A DNA stretch of 64,000 nt from an uncultured delta proteobacterium. Its GTDB lineage: Bacteria; Desulfobacterota; Desulfomonilia; Desulfomonilales; Desulfomonilaceae. Position 1 is the first letter of the stretch, and the number at the start of each line of letters is the position of its first letter. This document shows positions 8,594 to 17,700 of this stretch, piece after piece. The stretch lies in the NCBI GenBank assembly GCA_963789265.1, contig CAWBKB010000005.1, positions 64,001-128,000 on the forward strand, read 5' to 3'. Below the pieces are notes generated by a model. That model worked only from the letters and a program-made list of their open reading frames with translations, did no database searches and had not been told where the DNA came from. The position numbers were made by a program, and so were the translations under genes.

Positions 8594-10237
8594 TTGAGCA
8601 CCGGAAAATCGAAAATTCCTTCCAGCGATCGGGTCTTGAAAGACTTTTCCTCCGAATTGCATGCCCTGGGAATCCCGTACAGCCAAGCAGGATTCGAGGA
8701 TTACCTCAGGGATGAATCCCGTTTTCGGGGACATGCTTTCGGATTGGTTCGCGCTCGCAGCGAAGGGGACGTTCTCGATGTCCTCCGACTAGCCAACCGA
8801 CTCCGTATTCCGCTTACGGTCGTATCAGGGAAGACATCTCTGACCGGCGCGTCCGTCCCTCTTGGCGGCGTGATTCTCGACCTCAGGGGATTGGACTTCG
8901 TCGATAAGAATGATCCTGCGTTGGTAGGTCCCGGCATCGTACTCAAGGCATACAAGGATCATGTGGCCGGAAGAGGCTTGTTCTACCCGCCGGACCCAAC
9001 TTCCGAAGATTCATGCACGCTTGGCGGAAACGTCGCGTGCAACGCATCAGGATCTTTGAGCTACCTGTATGGACCGACCCGGAACTATATCCGGGGGGTG
9101 AAGCTTGCTCTTCCCACGGGCACGGCCTTTGAGATCGAACGTGGGCAGATCGTTAGCGAGCAAGGCTATTTCACGATCCCCGCGGATTTGACATTCCCGC
9201 CGGAGGCGGAAGATCTCTTGATACCTGTCCCGAGGTCGGGCCATTCAGACTGGACTTTGTGCAAGAACGCTGCGGGCCTGTATTCCTCCGAACCGATGGA
9301 CCTGGTGGACCTCTTCATAGGAAGCGAAGGTATCCTGGGAATAATCCTACAGGTTAAGACTCGCTTGCTTTTGCGCCGAAATCCCCATTTTTCACTGATG
9401 CTCTACATTTCTACGCGGAAGCAGGCTGTGGAGGTTGTAACTCTGTTGAACTATTTCAAGCGATACTTTTACGACAGAGACGAGGGCCTTGGTGAGGAAG
9501 TAGAAAAGATGCTGGTTAAGTTGTCGGGGCCGGCAAACGTCCCTGATCTTGAGGAGTTTCGTTGCGTAGTCCCCTCTTGTATGGAATGGTTTGGAGCATC
9601 TGTCGCGCCACTCTTGTCGCACGAAAGGGCCGGAAAACTGGCAGGAGTCTACGGCTGTATTTACGTGGAACAGGAATATCCGGCAGAAGAAGACCCTATG
9701 GTAAGGGCTTCACAGTGGGCACTACTTGTGAAAATGTTAAATGACTCGCCCCCGACCGATTCGCACCCTATCGAAACTGAGGTTGCCCTTGACGAGAATC
9801 AGATTCGCAAGATGAGAAAAGATCGGCAGAATGTACCCGAAAGACTCAATGAATTGATCAGACCAGGCATGGTGAAAATTGGAACGGATTTTTCCGTTCC
9901 CATAGCGCATCTGGGAACCTTGATGAAGCTCTACGACGACGCTCTACCTTCAGGAAAGTCATATATATTCGGGCACATCGGAAATGCACACCTTCACTCA
10001 AACATATTGGCCGAAAACGGTGAGGAGTTAGAGTCTTACCGTTCTCTTACCCGGAAACTTGCTCTGGAAGTGTGCAAACTGAGAGGAAGTGTTTCCGCGG
10101 AGCACGGGATTGGAAAACTGAAACGTGAAATGCTGGAGATGATGCTCGGCGAGGATGGTATCAATGAAATAAGAAAGATCAAACGAATTCTCGATCCGAA
10201 CTTCATATTGAATATGGACAATATGGTGAAAATTTGA
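8594..10237 (+). CDS. FAD-linked oxidoreductase (GlcD / D-lactate dehydrogenase-like)
   Basis: GKTSLTG, YPPDPTS, TLGGNVACNASG, GSEGILG, GHIGNAHLH and SAEHGIG motifs. Confidence 0.88.
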   Translation: MSTGKSKIPSSDRVLKDFSSELHALGIPYSQAGFEDYLRDESRFRGHAFGLVRARSEGDVLDVLRLANRLRIPLTVVSGKTSLTGASVPLGGVILDLRGLDFVDKNDPALVGPGIVLKAYKDHVAGRGLFYPPDPTSEDSCTLGGNVACNASGSLSYLYGPTRNYIRGVKLALPTGTAFEIERGQIVSEQGYFTIPADLTFPPEAEDLLIPVPRSGHSDWTLCKNAAGLYSSEPMDLVDLFIGSEGILGIILQVKTRLLLRRNPHFSLMLYISTRKQAVEVVTLLNYFKRYFYDRDEGLGEEVEKMLVKLSGPANVPDLEEFRCVVPSCMEWFGASVAPLLSHERAGKLAGVYGCIYVEQEYPAEEDPMVRASQWALLVKMLNDSPPTDSHPIETEVALDENQIRKMRKDRQNVPERLNELIRPGMVKIGTDFSVPIAHLGTLMKLYDDALPSGKSYIFGHIGNAHLHSNILAENGEELESYRSLTRKLALEVCKLRGSVSAEHGIGKLKREMLEMMLGEDGINEIRKIKRILDPNFILNMDNMVKI

Positions 10238-10344
10238 AAAGGGCCCGAGAAGCCGCCTGTAGTAGTTTGGTGAAAATAGTCCCCTTGCCCGTTCCCCTAC
10301 ATGAAATCAGGAAAGATCGACGGCTCGGCCGAGAACTCCTTCCG

Positions 10345-10632
10345 TCACTCTTCCTCGGCAAATGGGTTACGGGCCAGACGGCAGGTGCAGTTGCCTTCAT
10401 CGCCACTGTTCCATTCATTGATGATTTTCTTCAGGCCCGTCTTGTCCAAGTCGAGGTATTGCTTCACATTGCCCTGTGTGATCAGCCTCATCTTGTAGGC
10501 AAAGAAAACTGCTTCCTCCAACAAAGCAGGACTAAAAGGGAGTCGCTCCTTTAGAAGTCCCCGCCTGTCCAATAAGTTCAAGATGTCATCGTAAGCACTA
10601 TTCTGCTTATTAAGATTTCCCGCGTCGTCCAT
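10345..10632 (-). CDS. Hypothetical protein (95 aa)
   Basis: ATG with GGAGA RBS, plausible composition, fills the gap between convergent and divergent genes. Confidence 0.65.
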   Translation of the reverse strand: MDDAGNLNKQNSAYDDILNLLDRRGLLKERLPFSPALLEEAVFFAYKMRLITQGNVKQYLDLDKTGLKKIINEWNSGDEGNCTCRLARNPFAEEE

Positions 10633-10785
10633 GGATCTCTCCCGATACGATCCGCCAGTCTCTCTAATATTAGTCCATCTCCAGCCGATCGTGTTTCAAG
10701 CGCGCTCTCGGTAATTGTTGCAAGTTTTCAAGTTAACTTTTATGTTTTATATTTTGAATACCAAATTCTTCGCCGGATCAATAAA

Positions 10786-11625
10786 ATGAGGACAATTTCA
10801 GTAACAGATGTTACCGCCGCGGTCCGCCGCTTGTGTATGGATGCGTGCACAATCCTTGGCGCCGATGTTGTAAAACGTCTCGAGGCCGCCCTGCTCAACG
10901 AGGAATCAACTATCGGCCGCGAGATTCTCGAGCGCATTATACAGAATTCTCAGATAGCCGCGGAGGAGAAAATACCTCTCTGCCAGGATACTGGAATGGC
11001 CGTGGTGTTTATGGAAATAGGCCAGGACGTTCATCTGACAGGAGGTGCGCTCGACGAAGCGATCAACGAAGGAGTCAGGCAAGGATATCGCGATGGACAT
11101 TTGCGCAAGTCGGTCCTTCATCCCATAACCCGTATTAATACCGGAGACAACACTCCTGCGGTGATTCACACCGAAATCGTCCCCGGAGCCGGCCTTAGGA
11201 TCACTCTGGCACCGAAGGGATTCGGGTCGGAAAACATGAGTCGGGTCATGATGTTTCCACCGTCGGCCGGCATTGAGGGGGTGAAGGACTTCATTGTTCA
11301 AAGAGTGGAAGAATCAGGAGGCAATCCCTGCCCGCCGGTAGTGGTCGGAGTAGGCCTCGGCGGCACTTTTGAGAAAGCCGCCCTTCTGGCCAAGAAGGCT
11401 CTGCTTCGGCCGCTGGACACTAGAAATTCCGACCCTGATTTGGACAGCCTCGAAAAGGAGTTGCTCGAACGGATCAACCGATTAGGCATCGGACCAATGG
11501 GCCTGGGCGGTCGCACCACGGCGCTCGCAGTGCACGTGAACGCATATCCTACGCATATTGCCAGTATTCCTTGCGCGGTCAACATACAGTGCCACTCGTG
11601 CCGTCACCGGGAGGTGGAGCTTTGA
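10786..11625 (+). CDS. Class I fumarate hydratase / tartrate dehydratase alpha subunit
   Basis: CQDTG, NTGDNTP, PKGFGSEN, GNPCPP and IQCHS motifs. Confidence 0.93.
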   Translation: MRTISVTDVTAAVRRLCMDACTILGADVVKRLEAALLNEESTIGREILERIIQNSQIAAEEKIPLCQDTGMAVVFMEIGQDVHLTGGALDEAINEGVRQGYRDGHLRKSVLHPITRINTGDNTPAVIHTEIVPGAGLRITLAPKGFGSENMSRVMMFPPSAGIEGVKDFIVQRVEESGGNPCPPVVVGVGLGGTFEKAALLAKKALLRPLDTRNSDPDLDSLEKELLERINRLGIGPMGLGGRTTALAVHVNAYPTHIASIPCAVNIQCHSCRHREVEL

Positions 11626-12179
11626 AAGTCGAACCGAAACGGATAATCGCGCCCCTTGCGGGAGAACTGGTACGAGGACTTCGAGCAGGAGATGTTGTGA
11701 GTTTGTCAGGAACTGTTCTCACCGGGAGAGACGCGGCCCACAAACGGATGACAGATCTCTTACGCGACGGAAAGCCCCTCCCCTTTTCGATTAAAGGAGA
11801 GGTCATCTATTATGTTGGCCCCACACCTGCGCCCCCGGACCGTCCAATAGGAGCGGCAGGTCCTACAACGAGTTATCGGATGGACGCTTATGCGCCTCTC
11901 CTCATGGAGCATGGAATACGTGGAATGATAGGCAAAGGGCCTCGCTCCGAAGCGGTCAAGCAGGCTATGATTCAGTGGGGAGTGGTGTACTTCGCCGCGG
12001 TTGGCGGTACGGGGGCGCTGATATCGCGCTGCATAATAAAGTCCGAGGTTCTCGCATGGGAGGAACTGGGCCCCGAGGCGGTGCGCAGGCTCGTGATCGA
12101 AGATCTTCCGCTAATAGTGGCTGTCGATTCTAAGGGCGGCGACTTGTACGTGACCGGAAGGCAGAAATACAGGAAATAG
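11622..12179 (+). CDS. Class I fumarate hydratase beta (C-terminal) subunit
   Basis: TGRDAAHKR, YYVGP, GPTTSYRMD, IGKG and ELGPEA motifs; TTG start overlaps the alpha stop. Confidence 0.93.
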   Translation: MKVEPKRIIAPLAGELVRGLRAGDVVSLSGTVLTGRDAAHKRMTDLLRDGKPLPFSIKGEVIYYVGPTPAPPDRPIGAAGPTTSYRMDAYAPLLMEHGIRGMIGKGPRSEAVKQAMIQWGVVYFAAVGGTGALISRCIIKSEVLAWEELGPEAVRRLVIEDLPLIVAVDSKGGDLYVTGRQKYRK

Positions 12180-12206
12180 CGAGTCCAACACCAATTCTAG
12201 AGCGCA

Positions 12207-12542
12207 TCACTCCTCTCTAACGGACGGAGATGGCTGCTCGTCGCCATGTTCCGTCCTCGCAGGAACACAATCTCCTAACGCTTTCCAGATTTCGTCGATT
12301 TGATCGGCATTGAGTCCCAGTTTTTCAAAAGTGCTTTCGAGCTTTTCAACCGACTCCATCTGTCTGACCAGATCGAAGTCTTCCCGGAGACATTTTCCCA
12401 CATAGTACTTTATGAGGGCCTGATATCCGGACATACCTTTGGCAGGAGCGATCTTTTTGAGTTTATCCAACACATCCACCGGAATACGGAGGGATATCAT
12501 GGTCGTAGGACGGTGTTTAGTCGGAATCATTATCTTCTTCAT
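12207..12542 (-). CDS. BrnA/CopG-like RHH antitoxin
   Basis: ISLRIPVDVLDKLK...GYQALIK motif; overlaps the upstream BrnT gene. Confidence 0.8.
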   Translation of the reverse strand: MKKIMIPTKHRPTTMISLRIPVDVLDKLKKIAPAKGMSGYQALIKYYVGKCLREDFDLVRQMESVEKLESTFEKLGLNADQIDEIWKALGDCVPARTEHGDEQPSPSVREE

Positions 12543-12834
12543 AGCGTCGTCTCTCCGCGGGTGTGGCAAATCGAGCAGAAATGATTCGCCATGCGTCTTC
12601 TCGCGTTTCTACGGCCACCACACACAGGGGTTTGAACGAATGTACTGGGTATGAGTACCCGACGATTATCCATCGTTCCTCCTTAGCGTGGATGTCCGGG
12701 AACATTTTATAGAAATCATCAATGAACACCTCGCATGCTTGCTCAAACGAGATCCCATGCTTTCGAAGATTCGTTGCGGCCTTTTCAGAATCCCATACGA
12801 AAGTGTATCCCTCGAAAACATGGGTTACGTCCAT
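12517..12834 (-). CDS. brnT: BrnT family toxin
   Basis: FVWDSEKAATNLRKHGISFE, EERW and RIISARFAT..ERRRY motifs. Confidence 0.9.
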   Translation of the reverse strand: MDVTHVFEGYTFVWDSEKAATNLRKHGISFEQACEVFIDDFYKMFPDIHAKEERWIIVGYSYPVHSFKPLCVVAVETREDAWRIISARFATPAERRRYEEDNDSD

Positions 12835-12840
12835 ATTAGT

Positions 12841-12869
12841 ATCCTAAAGTCCAGTATATACTTTGTCAA
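12841..12869 (-). promoter_or_regulatory. Sigma-70 promoter of the brnTA operon with internal palindrome
   Basis: Minus strand TTGACA-N17-TAGGAT; AGTATATACT palindrome at 12853-12862; 6 nt separate the -10 from the ATG. Confidence 0.75.
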
Positions 12870-12968
12870 GACGACCGCCTCAAAAGGCTATGTCAACGTA
12901 CCGAATTCTGCCATCACTCTCTCAGCCACAAGATTCAGTCTAGGGAGCTCTCACTCCCTTCCCGACGC

Positions 12969-14411
12969 TTACCCCTCCCTCTGAGGAATCCGAACCCTAA
13001 CCACAGTGCCCTTCCCTTCCTCCGACTTTATGTCGATTGTGCCGCCCATTGATTCCACGAGCCCCAGGCATACCGCCAAACCCAAGCCGGTCCCCTTCCC
13101 TGGTTCCTTTGTCGTAAAAAAGGGATCGAAAACCTTCGCCAAATTCTCTTGCGAGATTCCCGAACCAGTGTCTTCAACTTCTATTTGCGTGGCACTTTGA
13201 TCCCTGTGCGTCCGGAGAATGATTTTCCCTCCGAAATGAGGAATGGCATCCGCGGCATTAAATACCAGGTTTACTATTACCTGCCGTATCTTTTCCGGCT
13301 CGGTCTTCAGCAGCGGCAGGTCCGGCGCAAGCTGAAATTCAAAACTAATGTTATTGAATCCTTTACGACCCTGCACCAAAGATGCGCAGTCCATGACCAA
13401 GGCATTGATGTCACTGATAATTATGTTCTCCGGGATGGGACGCGCAAATTCCAGCAGCCTTTGCAGGATGTCATGGATACGCTTGAGTTCCTGATCCATC
13501 CTGGACAGCACTTCAGAGCGGGAATCAGAATTCGGGCCTCTACCAAGGAGTTCAACGTAACCCATGACGATCTGAAGAGGATTGCCTATCTCGTGAGCGA
13601 CCCCAGCAGCCAGCCGGCCCACTCCCGCGAGTTTCTCCGATCGTATGAGCCCTTGCTGAGCTGCTTCAAGGTCGCGATTGATGGCCTTTAGTTGGCTGAT
13701 TAGCGCTTGCATTTTTTCACGATCGTCCACGATTTTCACGATCATGGCTTTGAGGCTGGAAGATATTCTCTGAATATCTCCTTTGAGGGCGGGCAAGGCG
13801 AAAGGATCCGGGGAATCGGTGATACCCGATGCTCTTCCAGCAAGTCGGGCTGCCTCTCTCACCGGCCCCAGAACCGTCCGGTTAAAAAGGATGTATCCCA
13901 GGAAGAACAGGGCTGCCTGAGTCAGGATGAGGTAAGCGCCGAAGAACTTCCACGATGGAGCGTAGGTTGTCGGGGGAATCTCGAGAAAAGTTCGGATTGC
14001 TCGAACCCCGTGAGGAAAGACTCCACTGAAATCCGCCAGAACAACTGTCTCACGAAATAGGCTACTAGGCCATCTCGCGCCGATAATTCTAATCCTGCGT
14101 CCTTGCTCCTGAGTGTTGGGAGGTTCGGGCTCTTTCCCGCCGGAACATCCGCCGAGAATACGGCCGCCGGAATCGTAAAGCAGCAGCTTTATCCCTGTGC
14201 GGCCTCGGCATACAGTTCGGACTCTCTCCCACATGTGTTCGGGCGTGTCGGAGTCCAAGATCTGGTCGTGGAGAAGGTCAATAATGACATTAGCCTGTTG
14301 GATCTTGAGATCGATGGCAGCACGTTCGAGAGACGCGCCAAAAACAGCGAACAGGAGAAGTCCGCTAACTGCAAGAATCACAGCCAGATTTACCAGAATG
14401 CCCCATCGCAC
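12969..14411 (-). CDS. Membrane sensor histidine kinase (NtrB/AtoS-like)
   Basis: Two TM helices, AHEIGNPL H-box, NAADA, DTGSGI, FDPFFTTK and GTGLGL motifs. Confidence 0.93.
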   Translation of the reverse strand: MRWGILVNLAVILAVSGLLLFAVFGASLERAAIDLKIQQANVIIDLLHDQILDSDTPEHMWERVRTVCRGRTGIKLLLYDSGGRILGGCSGGKEPEPPNTQEQGRRIRIIGARWPSSLFRETVVLADFSGVFPHGVRAIRTFLEIPPTTYAPSWKFFGAYLILTQAALFFLGYILFNRTVLGPVREAARLAGRASGITDSPDPFALPALKGDIQRISSSLKAMIVKIVDDREKMQALISQLKAINRDLEAAQQGLIRSEKLAGVGRLAAGVAHEIGNPLQIVMGYVELLGRGPNSDSRSEVLSRMDQELKRIHDILQRLLEFARPIPENIIISDINALVMDCASLVQGRKGFNNISFEFQLAPDLPLLKTEPEKIRQVIVNLVFNAADAIPHFGGKIILRTHRDQSATQIEVEDTGSGISQENLAKVFDPFFTTKEPGKGTGLGLAVCLGLVESMGGTIDIKSEEGKGTVVRVRIPQREG

Positions 14412-14520
14412 GAAGCGTGCTCCTTGGGAGGAGAGTCATGGTCACCCAGGGACGCCAAACAAAACCGGCATCCTCGAAGGACCCGCCCAAAAATCTCTAT
14501 GATATACAACCGTTTTCATT

Positions 14521-14672
14521 CTGGTTACCAGGCTCTGCCTGGTAATCCATTTTTCCGGGCTCCGCCTGGAGAAGCACCAGCTTTCGAAAGCATTACGCCC
14601 CTCGTAGGTCTGAAACCCAAATGGGAGGCGGCGCCTCCCGCAAGGCATTTCCAGGCGGAGCCGGGGAACGAG
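14521..14672. repeat. Cluster of REP-like palindromes
   Basis: TTACCAGGC-TCT-GCCTGGTAA (14525-14545); GGGAGGCG-G-CGCCTCCC (14623-14639); GGCTCCGCCTGGA near 14558 pairs with TCCAGGCGGAGCC near 14650. Confidence 0.7.
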
Positions 14673-14724
14673 AAGGTCGAACAGTGCATTAAGCGATTTT
14701 TAGCATATAACTGGCGAAAAGCAT

Positions 14725-17700
14725 TCAAAAAGTTTTGCGAATGAGCACCCTGGCTATCACTATTCCGTCCCTTTCTTCTACCCTGGCCTCGAATTTCCCT
14801 ATCGAAGCCTTCTCTATGTGACGCTCGGCTTCGTTCCTGAACTCCAACTTCGCTCGCCCCGAATTATCCACGGCCGTCACGTTAATATCTCTTAGATCGA
14901 ATCGCAGGCCGGTTCCTATGGCCTTCAAAGCAGCCTCTTTCAGGCACCACATTCTCGTCAGTTCAATCCAGCGCCGGTCGCTATTTCCGGCGGCCTGAAC
15001 CTCCTCTTCGGTGAAGTAATCGGTGGCCCATATATCGCTTCTGGCTTCCACTTTTTCCAGATCGACGCCCAGTCCTACAAACTCTCCCGGAGCGGTCGCA
15101 GCAGCCATTACCAGGCCATTGGAGTGCGAAAGTGAAACGTCTATTTTCAGGTCCGGTCTCCCCAGTATTTGCCCAATCGGCTTTCCTTGCTCATCCTGGG
15201 TTATGCGAATTTTCTTTTCAGGGAAGGTGGCGACGCCACGGGGTTCGATTGTTCTCCGAATGCTTCTTTTCAGAGCAATTCGACCGGCCAGCCATTCCGA
15301 AGCCCGCTTGGGAGTGGCTTTTTGGCCGTGTTCCGCGATTTCCTCATCGCCGAGTGAGCGCCTCAAAAATGCATCGGGACCGCTTTCCATTCCCTTGACG
15401 ACCTCGGCTACGGGCAGCATTTGTTCAAAGATTTTGCCGGGGAAACCGGAACTCTGCTCGAGTTCTACAATTTCCACACCTTTCAATCTGATAAGATCTC
15501 TGCCTGCACGGTCCCTTATTACTCCATCAAACTTGATAACAGTTTCTTTTTTCCAAACCTTCCCGAGAAGTTTCAACCGGTATTAATTCCCCTTCCCATG
15601 GCAATGAATCGACAGCACAGACCTGAACAGATTCCGTCCCCGTGGGCAGGGCCATTATCCCGAGGGATTCCACACCAAAGGCGGCCGCTGCTTGGAAAGT
15701 GGCTTCTATAGCTGATGACGTGATATCGGTAAACATGGCCTCGCGTTCGGACGTATCTCTGTAACGGAATCTGACCCCTCTTCTGTTACCTTCAATAACC
15801 ACATGGTCCAGAAACTTGAAGCCGGGCCCATGAAAGAATACCGAGTAAAGATCGTGCTCCGCGATCCACACCGATTCATTCCAAGGCGTGAGATCCAAGC
15901 AGGGCATCTGTTCGACAGTCCCGGCGGCGGCAAGACGGCACCGATGATGCAGCCGAGGTGATCCGACCCGGTTTCCCTCGCGGTCCACAAACCATGAAAA
16001 GATCCTTGCATGGTAAGTGTTGTGATTAGATCCCTCGGAAATGCGTGTTACCTCTACCTCGGCTCGGAATGGATCATCCTTGAATATCTTCAGGGGGCTG
16101 ACAAAACGTACGTCTTCAAACCTGGAGCAGGCTACTTCGGGGCTAAGCAGGGCAGCCGCGGCGCGCATTATCTCCATTCCACCCACGCCGGGCAGCACCG
16201 CTGCGCGGTCTATCCGGTGATGGTTCAATAGGGGATGCGAAGGGTCAAGCATGATCTCGGCCCGCAAGTATTCTCCGGGCAGGATCGACAGGAGCCTTCC
16301 GGGCTGACCTGCGAACCGCAGCTCGCCGAAATCTGCCGTACCGGGGAGGGTAAAAGCATCTGAAGTGAAGGGCCCTAATCTCCCCGCGCTTACGACCTCG
16401 CAAGCACCGGAAGTGCGTTCCAGTTCCCGCGCCAGGACTTCCACGCCCTTCTGTGGCGAAATGAAATCAATGCCGGCAGCTTCAAGGCTTTGTTGCACAC
16501 TGCCCCTCGTAGCCATGCCAACTTCGGACCATGGAGCCCAATCGATTATAGAGACTTTGGCATCCCAATCGCGGTCCGCTCTTCTCAACAGGTGCGCCAG
16601 CCCGTCATTGGCTGCGGAGTAGTCAACTTGCGCCATATTTCCAAATCGTCCCGCGACACTTCCAAACCCGACGACTCGCCGGGGCAGCATCCCATATTGG
16701 TTCAGGGCCTCCATGATGTTGCGCATTCCCTGAATCTTGACCGATACAACATTCTGCATCTGTTCTAAGGTCTTGCTCCGCAGCGCACGGCTCACGTCGA
16801 TTCCCGCACCGTGGACAACCACGTCCACGCGGCGGCAAGTTTCCGCGACGTGGCTAACGGCTTCGCCCACGGCATCTCGGTCGCGTATATCAACCGCCCT
16901 GTAAATGACTTCGGAACCCAAGCTTCGGAGATTTAGAATATTCCTGAACACCTCTGCTTCCGACTCAAGCGCGGCAAGCTCCTTTTCCACTTTCACTGGA
17001 GTGATAGGTACACCTTGTCGCTTCATTCGGTCTATGATTCTGGTCTTCTCTTCGGCCCACTGCTCGGGATTGAAACCGGCGAGTTGCTCGGCACGCCCGG
17101 AAAGCGACGTTCGACCGAGAATTACGACGGTCAGGTTATGCTTTTCTGCGAGATGTGAAAGGCAAGAGGCGGTGATGCCCCTGGCGCCGCCGCTCGCCAG
17201 TACGACGTCCCCGGTTCTGATTCCGGCGTCTCTCTCCTGCTCGATCATAGGTACCAGGCGAACGGTTCTCAATTCTCCGCTTTCTCTCACCGCGGTTTCC
17301 AGTGGAAAAGCTTCTCCTAGACTGCGAATAATTATCTCAGCGAGTTCCCCGGAGCCAAAATCCGGATGGAAATCCAACAGTCGCACAGTGGTGGCTGGAT
17401 ATTCTCTGGAAAAAGCTTTCGTGGCGCCGGCGACCGCACCGGCTATATCACCGGTTTCCGAGGGACAATCAAAGCCGTATGTGCCGTCTTCCGATACAGC
17501 GGTCACCAAAAACGAAGGACCCTTACCAAAGGCCGACGCGCAGGAAAGGTAAAGCTCGAAAGTTTTTCTCAAGGAGAGGGGATCGCCGTCCAGAGGAAAA
17601 AGGTTGATCAATCCTGTCCGCTTGGCAGTCAAATTGTCGGGGAGAACCGGATACGAGGATTGTCTCACGCTTGAATAACCGAGCGCGCCAAGTGCTTTCG

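Noticed and set aside
14725..15576. Stand-alone PPTase gene as given by the ORF track
   Set aside because: The TTG start is inside the DH domain, and its first ~40 codons include the end of the hot-dog fold; a one-base correction fuses it to the synthase.
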